This document shows positions 59,361 to 64,000 of a stretch of DNA of 64,000 nt, in pieces. The first letter of the stretch is position 1; each line of letters opens with the position of its first letter. The stretch is from Dehalococcoidia bacterium (GTDB lineage: Bacteria > Chloroflexota > Dehalococcoidia > Lucifugimonadales > QGNO01). Location: assembly GCA_965116555.1 (NCBI GenBank), contig OZ220698.1:1705011-1769010 (forward strand), read 5' to 3'. The position numbers and the translations under genes were made by a program. The notes under the pieces are model-generated. The model ran no database searches, was not told the DNA's origin, and saw only the letters and a list, made by a program, of their open reading frames with translations.

Positions 59361-60891
59361 TCAGCGAACTGATCTCTTCGAACTGGCATTGGAACCAGTG
59401 GTTGATGTCTTCTCTCTCCACCGCCTCTATCAGAGAAGCGTTTCGCTGCTGTCGCTCCTCCTCGGGCATACTGAGCGCCTGGTACATCGCCTGCATGGTG
59501 CCTTCCACGTCGGCGGAGGCCACCGGAAGCACCCCCACTGCAAGCTGGGGATAGGAGCCGGCGGTCTCGGAAAGGATGACGACGCCATCTCTCTGGTTGA
59601 TGAGCGGCGCCTCTTTGGCCACCAGCGTCATACCGTCTATAACGGCGTTTTCCAATAGGACGTCGTAGCGGCGCATACCGGCCACCGCCTGAACGTAGTT
59701 GTTCTCCATGAACAGTTGGATGGGCTGCCATTCCGGCGTGCCGTAGCTCTGGTTGATAGTCCTGGCCGACTGCTGTATCTCCTCCATATAGCGCTGGTAC
59801 TGGCGGATGTGCGTGCGGGAAGGAACAAGGAAGGCAAGGAATTTGACCTTGCCCCTCATTTCAGGATAACGCTCAAGGAGCAGCTGGTAGGAACGGAATC
59901 CCCGCAGGATGTTCTTGTTGGGCTCCGCCCTATCCACGCGCACTATGTTCTTTTCGGCCCAAACGCCGGCAAGCTGACGCTCGTACTCCTGCACCCTTGG
60001 AGAAGAGCCGATGCGCCGCACCTCGTCAACGTTGATGGAGAGCGGGTAAGCGCGAACAACCGTCTCTCTGCCTTCGTAGCGCACCATGGATGCGGCGTAG
60101 TCTACCTCCGCGGATGGGAGGAACTCTTCACAGCTCTGTAGAAAGTTGCGGCAGTCCCGACGGGTCTGAAATCCCACGATGTCCGCGCTGCACAGGCTTC
60201 CGCAAATGCTGCGCCTAATGTGCGCCGGAATCATTTCCCAGTAGCCGGAGGCGGGCCACGGTATGTGGACGTAATGCTGGATGACCGCCTGGGGAAGCTG
60301 TTCCCTGACATAGCCGCTTACCAGATACAGATGATAGTCATGGACCATCACGCAAACGTCCTGGTCCACGCCTGCCGCCTCTTCAATCACAGCGTCGGCA
60401 AAGGAGCGGTTGACCTTTACGTAGCCGTTCTCCCAGGCGTCGTATACCGTGCTGTCTACGCTGGGGGTGTAGGACGTGCTCCACATGTAGTGCTGAAGAA
60501 ACCAGAGCAACGGGTTGCAGAAAGTGTTGTAGTACTTGTGATAGACGCGCCGAGGAGTGTTGACGTAGCGGAGAGAGAGTTTATAGCCGGGAAGAGCGGC
60601 GGGAATGCTGGAGCCGTCGCTGTTTTCCCAGATGCGTCTATCCCCCTCCCCCATGGCGGAAGATATCCAGGTGAAATCCAGATCGGGCATCAGAGAGGAG
60701 AAGGCGGTGACCAGGCTGCCGCTGCTGCGCCTGGGCTGAAGATCGCCCGAGGGGGTTATCTGGTGTCCAATGGGGCCGCGGTTGCTGACCAGAATGAGAC
60801 GCCGACCGTTCAATGCCTCGGCGCAAAGCTGCAACAGCTTAGCACGCCTAGCCTGGCCAAGAGACGCCACACTCATAGATTCGCCATCCAT
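59353..60891 (-). CDS. otsA: Alpha,alpha-trehalose-phosphate synthase (GT20)
   Basis: 512 aa with LILVSNRGP, VHDYHL and the LRDGMNLV-like DGMTLVAKE. Confidence 0.9.
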   Translation of the reverse strand: MDGESMSVASLGQARRAKLLQLCAEALNGRRLILVSNRGPIGHQITPSGDLQPRRSSGSLVTAFSSLMPDLDFTWISSAMGEGDRRIWENSDGSSIPAALPGYKLSLRYVNTPRRVYHKYYNTFCNPLLWFLQHYMWSTSYTPSVDSTVYDAWENGYVKVNRSFADAVIEEAAGVDQDVCVMVHDYHLYLVSGYVREQLPQAVIQHYVHIPWPASGYWEMIPAHIRRSICGSLCSADIVGFQTRRDCRNFLQSCEEFLPSAEVDYAASMVRYEGRETVVRAYPLSINVDEVRRIGSSPRVQEYERQLAGVWAEKNIVRVDRAEPNKNILRGFRSYQLLLERYPEMRGKVKFLAFLVPSRTHIRQYQRYMEEIQQSARTINQSYGTPEWQPIQLFMENNYVQAVAGMRRYDVLLENAVIDGMTLVAKEAPLINQRDGVVILSETAGSYPQLAVGVLPVASADVEGTMQAMYQALSMPEEERQQRNASLIEAVEREDINHWFQCQFEEISSLTS

Positions 60892-61051
60892 TCAGAAGCA
60901 ACGGTACGGTGAGCCGCCGCTATTGCTTGAGCCGCCCCACCCTATTGGGTGCCTCCCAGGGCTGTGACGGCATCTTCTCTCAAAGCGGCCACGACGTTAG
61001 CATAGGGCATGGGTCATGTCAAGGAAACATCTTAGGGCGGGGTGGGAAGGA

Positions 61052-63208
61052 TTATTGGGCCGATAGGTATGCTACGATCGCTGCATCTATCATCAAGGCC
61101 ACTTCCTCAGAAGAAACAAGGGTAGTAGAGCCGGGGAGGGAGTACGAGTAGACAAGGCCAGAAACATTCCCACGCCTAAACATGATTATGTCTGCCCGCA
61201 ATGTTACCTCGTCATACACTAATTCAACCCAAGCACCAGCTGACGTTTGCCCGATTGATTGCGTCGCTATAAGCCCATAGTTTCCCACCTGCTGTTGGGA
61301 AGATTCAATGCCTTGCCTTACGCCTATGAGGAAAGCATCCGGCGATGACAAGCCAGCATCAAAGCCTATTCTCTCCAAATTAGTTAGTTCTCCGCTGTAT
61401 GCAAGAATTATCTGAAAGGGGTCGGAAGTTGCATAGGATGCGCTATGTTGAACGAGATCCTGTAATCCTAGGTCTATTGAGGACACACCCTCGGTTGTCG
61501 GGTCTATCTCCTCAAATGAGTCAGGCAGCGAGTTGAAGGCTGACCTAAGTTCATACAACCCAAACCCAGGTGTGTCCGTGGAGCCATTATCGGAGTCTTC
61601 AAAGAGACCAGCCCTGGTTGTGGTAGTGAGCTGTGCAGACGGACTTGCGTTGGCTATTTCCAGTACGTACGCGCCCGTCTCATTGTGAGTGCTATAGACA
61701 GCTATAATGAACTCCCCCGTGTGAGGCGCGCGATAGATAATATTGGAGTCCAATCCAAAGAGTCCGCCGCCACTGTCGTCATCAACGATAATTTGTTCAT
61801 CAACTGCACCGTGGAAATCGGCAATCAAGAAAGTGTCTAGCAAGAACGAAGATACGGAGAAATCGACCATCTGGTTGGCGGTGAGGCGAACGGCAAAAGC
61901 GTCTATATCTCCGGGGTAGTCGATGTTTCCGCGAACCGACTGACCTACACTGAACCTTGTGCCGTCGTCGGGGTCGGGAATAGGAATCAGGCTGTGAGAG
62001 CTTCCCAGGGTAAAGCTAACAGGCTCTTCGGTCAATTGGGACACTACGAGGAAATGGGGACCCTGGTACTGGATAGAAGTAACCCCTGTCTCAGGGCCTG
62101 AATGGGCGTCATCCACGTAGAGCGCTTCTTCTCCGAGGGAGTCATAAACGGAAAAGTCCACGTCGTCTTCGCTGTTTACGATGATGTCCACGCTTGTGCC
62201 AACAGGCTCTTCAAACACGTAGGCCTTGGTGTCCCAAAACGTTCTTAGAGCGCCACGATGCCGGATGTCGCCACCCGTGCTTGGCAACAGTCTAGCGCCT
62301 ATACCGGACGGGTCGTTACCTGAAATCAGGCTACGGATGCGGGACGTTAGGTCGGAGGAGGCCAGCGCAAGCCCGTGGCTAGCTTCTCCTATCGTATATC
62401 CGGTGATTCCGATAATGTCTCCTGTGCTGGAGATCAGCGCGCCTCCACTCTGTCCACCTTCTAAGGTGGCGTCAATTTGTATGTAGGTGAGGCCGGTTTC
62501 GTCCCACTCCCTAAGGCGCGACACAATACCCCGGCCTAGGGTGGGCTGTGGCGGGTCCCCGGGAGAGCCTGGGTATCCAATAGTTAGGACTTCCGACCCG
62601 ATTGCAGGCGTGGCGGATTCAGCAAGGATGAGTGGCTGATTTGATACGTTTACAGGTCCCAAGACTGCCAAATCGGTGAGCAGGTCCCAACCCACCAAGG
62701 GCACATTTCGAATTATAGTACCGTCCGGGAAAGTCGCCTGTACGCTGTCACTTGGCCATACGTTGTGTGCATTGGTCACGAGATATCCGCCGTTTACAAG
62801 CAAGGCTGTGCCCAAGGAACTCGTTGTTTCAATGTAGGCCACGGCTGGAGAAACATTGGCAAAAATCTGAGCGGCTGTTAGAGGCTGTGGCGTGGCGGTA
62901 GGCTCAGGGGTCGGCGTGGCAGTAGGTTCAGGAGTCGGTGTGGCAGTAGGTTCAGGGGTCGGCGTGGCGGTAGGTTCAGGGATCGGTGTGGCAGTAGGTT
63001 CAGGGATCGGTGTGGCAGTAGGTTCAGGGGTCGGTGTGACGGTAGGCTCAGGGGTGGGCGTGGGAGCCATTGTTGCCTCCACACCAGCCTGGACAGTGGC
63101 GTTGATGTCAAGCGTGGAGTCGGGCGTAGCAGGAGCATCACCTCCACATGCAATCATCAGTACGAGCGTGAGGCTACTTATCAATACAAAGGCAACGGCC
63201 GGTTTCAT
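61052..63208 (-). CDS. Secreted lipoprotein: trypsin-like serine protease (S1C-like) with a Pro/Thr repeat linker and PPC-like C-terminal domains
   Basis: Lipobox LMIACGG and a (TPEPTATP)n linker. Catalytic triad context TNAHNV / DLAVL / GQSGGAL. GDIDAF is a pre-peptidase C-terminal-like motif. Visibly AT-richer than neighbours. Confidence 0.85.
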   Translation of the reverse strand: MKPAVAFVLISSLTLVLMIACGGDAPATPDSTLDINATVQAGVEATMAPTPTPEPTVTPTPEPTATPIPEPTATPIPEPTATPTPEPTATPTPEPTATPTPEPTATPQPLTAAQIFANVSPAVAYIETTSSLGTALLVNGGYLVTNAHNVWPSDSVQATFPDGTIIRNVPLVGWDLLTDLAVLGPVNVSNQPLILAESATPAIGSEVLTIGYPGSPGDPPQPTLGRGIVSRLREWDETGLTYIQIDATLEGGQSGGALISSTGDIIGITGYTIGEASHGLALASSDLTSRIRSLISGNDPSGIGARLLPSTGGDIRHRGALRTFWDTKAYVFEEPVGTSVDIIVNSEDDVDFSVYDSLGEEALYVDDAHSGPETGVTSIQYQGPHFLVVSQLTEEPVSFTLGSSHSLIPIPDPDDGTRFSVGQSVRGNIDYPGDIDAFAVRLTANQMVDFSVSSFLLDTFLIADFHGAVDEQIIVDDDSGGGLFGLDSNIIYRAPHTGEFIIAVYSTHNETGAYVLEIANASPSAQLTTTTRAGLFEDSDNGSTDTPGFGLYELRSAFNSLPDSFEEIDPTTEGVSSIDLGLQDLVQHSASYATSDPFQIILAYSGELTNLERIGFDAGLSSPDAFLIGVRQGIESSQQQVGNYGLIATQSIGQTSAGAWVELVYDEVTLRADIIMFRRGNVSGLVYSYSLPGSTTLVSSEEVALMIDAAIVAYLSAQ
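62891..63058. repeat. Seven tandem copies of a 24-bp in-frame repeat inside the protease gene
   Basis: The unit YGTGGCRGTAGGYTCAGGRRTCGG is repeated head-to-tail at 62891, 62915, 62939, 62963, 62987, 63011 and 63035. It encodes PEPTATP(T/I) on the minus strand. Confidence 0.9.
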
Positions 63209-63297
63209 TTTCTCCTTTAATCCGTTGTTAGTGGCAGGATTGTACTACAAAGTGGGATGCTTCACGGTCAAGGCGGTAGACGCTCGCCCGCCTTGCG

Positions 63298-63327
63298 TTG
63301 ACACCCCACAATCGCCACACCTACAAT
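63298..63327 (+). promoter_or_regulatory. Candidate alaS promoter (would give a near-leaderless mRNA)
   Basis: TTGACA (63298..63303), an 18-nt spacer, then TACAAT (63322..63327). The first possible start codon (GTG 63338) is only 10 nt after the -10 box. Confidence 0.4.
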
Positions 63328-63337
63328 CGACAACCAC

Positions 63338-64000
63338 GTGAGAACGTCTGAAGAGATACGAACGGCTTTCCTGGACTTCTTTCAAGAGAAAGACCACCTT
63401 CTCATGCCCAGCTCGTCCCTGATCCCACCGCCCGACGACCCCACTCTTCTGCTGACCAGCGCGGGCATGGTGCAGTTCAAGCCGTACTTCATGGGCGAGA
63501 GGAGACCTCCCAAACCCAGGCTCACCAGCGTACAGAAGTGCTTCCGCGTTACGGACGTGGATGAAGTGGGCGACGCCAGCCACCTCACCTTCTTCGAGAT
63601 GCTGGGCAACTTCAGCGTGGGCGATTACTTCAAAGAGAAGGCCATAGAGTGGGCCTGGGAGTTCGTCACCGAGCGCATGAAGCTGCCCAAGGAGCGGCTC
63701 TGGGCCGCCATCTACTTGGACGACGACGAGGCCCACGATATCTGGCTCAAGACCGGCGTGCCCGAGGAACGCATACGCCGCTTTGATGAGAAGGAGAACT
63801 ACTGGGGCCCGGCAGGCAACGAGGGGCCATGTGGACCCTGCAGCGAGATCCACTACGACTTCGGCGGGAATTGCCGCCAGGGCAAGCCGGACGAAGGTTG
63901 CGGCCCCAACTGCGACTGCGGACGGTTCCTGGAGCTGTGGAACCTGGTGTTTATGCAGTTCTACCAGGACACCGACGGCAGGCGGACTCCGCTGCCCAAC
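63338..64000 (+). CDS. alaS: Alanine--tRNA ligase (N-terminal part, continues beyond the window)
   Basis: Absent from the ORF track because there is no stop. It translates to [51 protein letters not shown]...[15 protein letters not shown]...[12 protein letters not shown], classical AlaRS motifs. Confidence 0.95.
   Translation, partial: MRTSEEIRTAFLDFFQEKDHLLMPSSSLIPPPDDPTLLLTSAGMVQFKPYFMGERRPPKPRLTSVQKCFRVTDVDEVGDASHLTFFEMLGNFSVGDYFKEKAIEWAWEFVTERMKLPKERLWAAIYLDDDEAHDIWLKTGVPEERIRRFDEKENYWGPAGNEGPCGPCSEIHYDFGGNCRQGKPDEGCGPNCDCGRFLELWNLVFMQFYQDTDGRRTPLPN

Noticed and set aside
62891-63058. Regular 24-bp tandem repeat as a CRISPR or satellite
   Set aside because: It is head-to-tail without spacers and in frame with the protease ORF, encoding a Pro/Thr linker.

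Overview
This is a high-GC bacterial chromosomal window. Gene content and repeat style suggest a Chloroflexota-like lineage, but that is only a guess. All calls rest on reading the supplied translations and DNA by eye; no searches or computations were run.

About 60 protein genes are present, mostly core functions on the minus strand:
- mgtE (partial), then hspR-grpE-dnaK, sodC and an HDAC/AcuC-like deacetylase.
- vapBC, a Mut7-C RNase-like gene and an FAD oxidoreductase.
- A NUDIX / DUF503 / MrfA-like helicase operon, then rex.
- A complete F1Fo ATP synthase operon (atpZ-B-E-F-H-A-G-D-C).
- An FGGY-kinase / isomerase / ThuA-like sugar cluster.
- moaD-moaE, and a Zn/Mn-type ABC transporter (ATPase plus permease only).
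- DUF951-pyrF, and an endonuclease III-like gene.
- pyrR-(GIY-YIG)-pyrB-pyrC-carA-carB, followed by an unusual hpt fusion.
- A GYD protein, two tandem ACT-malic enzymes, a large vWA protein and coxM/coxS-like genes.
- A TPP riboswitch with an SSS transporter and thiD.
- A 2-hydroxyacid dehydrogenase, a CoA-transferase and an M20 amidohydrolase.
- TauE, an aroK-aroB fusion, a GNAT, otsB/otsA, a secreted trypsin-like lipoprotein, and the 5' part of alaS.

No rRNA, tRNA, CRISPR array, transposase, integrase or phage structural gene was recognised.

I do not see a large, clearly novel multi-gene system. The most unusual things are small:
1. An FAD oxidoreductase bracketed by two short ORFs with the same MT(K/E)PNF(T/A)D start, followed by an AT-rich 96-aa ORF.
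2. An AT-richer two-gene cassette (small DUF5678-like protein plus retropepsin-like aspartic protease) sitting between a TPP-riboswitch-controlled transporter and thiD.
3. A minimal GIY-YIG gene wedged between pyrR and pyrB.
4. A PD-(D/E)xK-like domain fused to Hpt.
5. Two unannotated small ORFs inside the ATP synthase operon.
6. A dispersed, modular family of GC-rich hairpin repeats at six or more intergenic loci, including a filled-versus-empty nested insertion.
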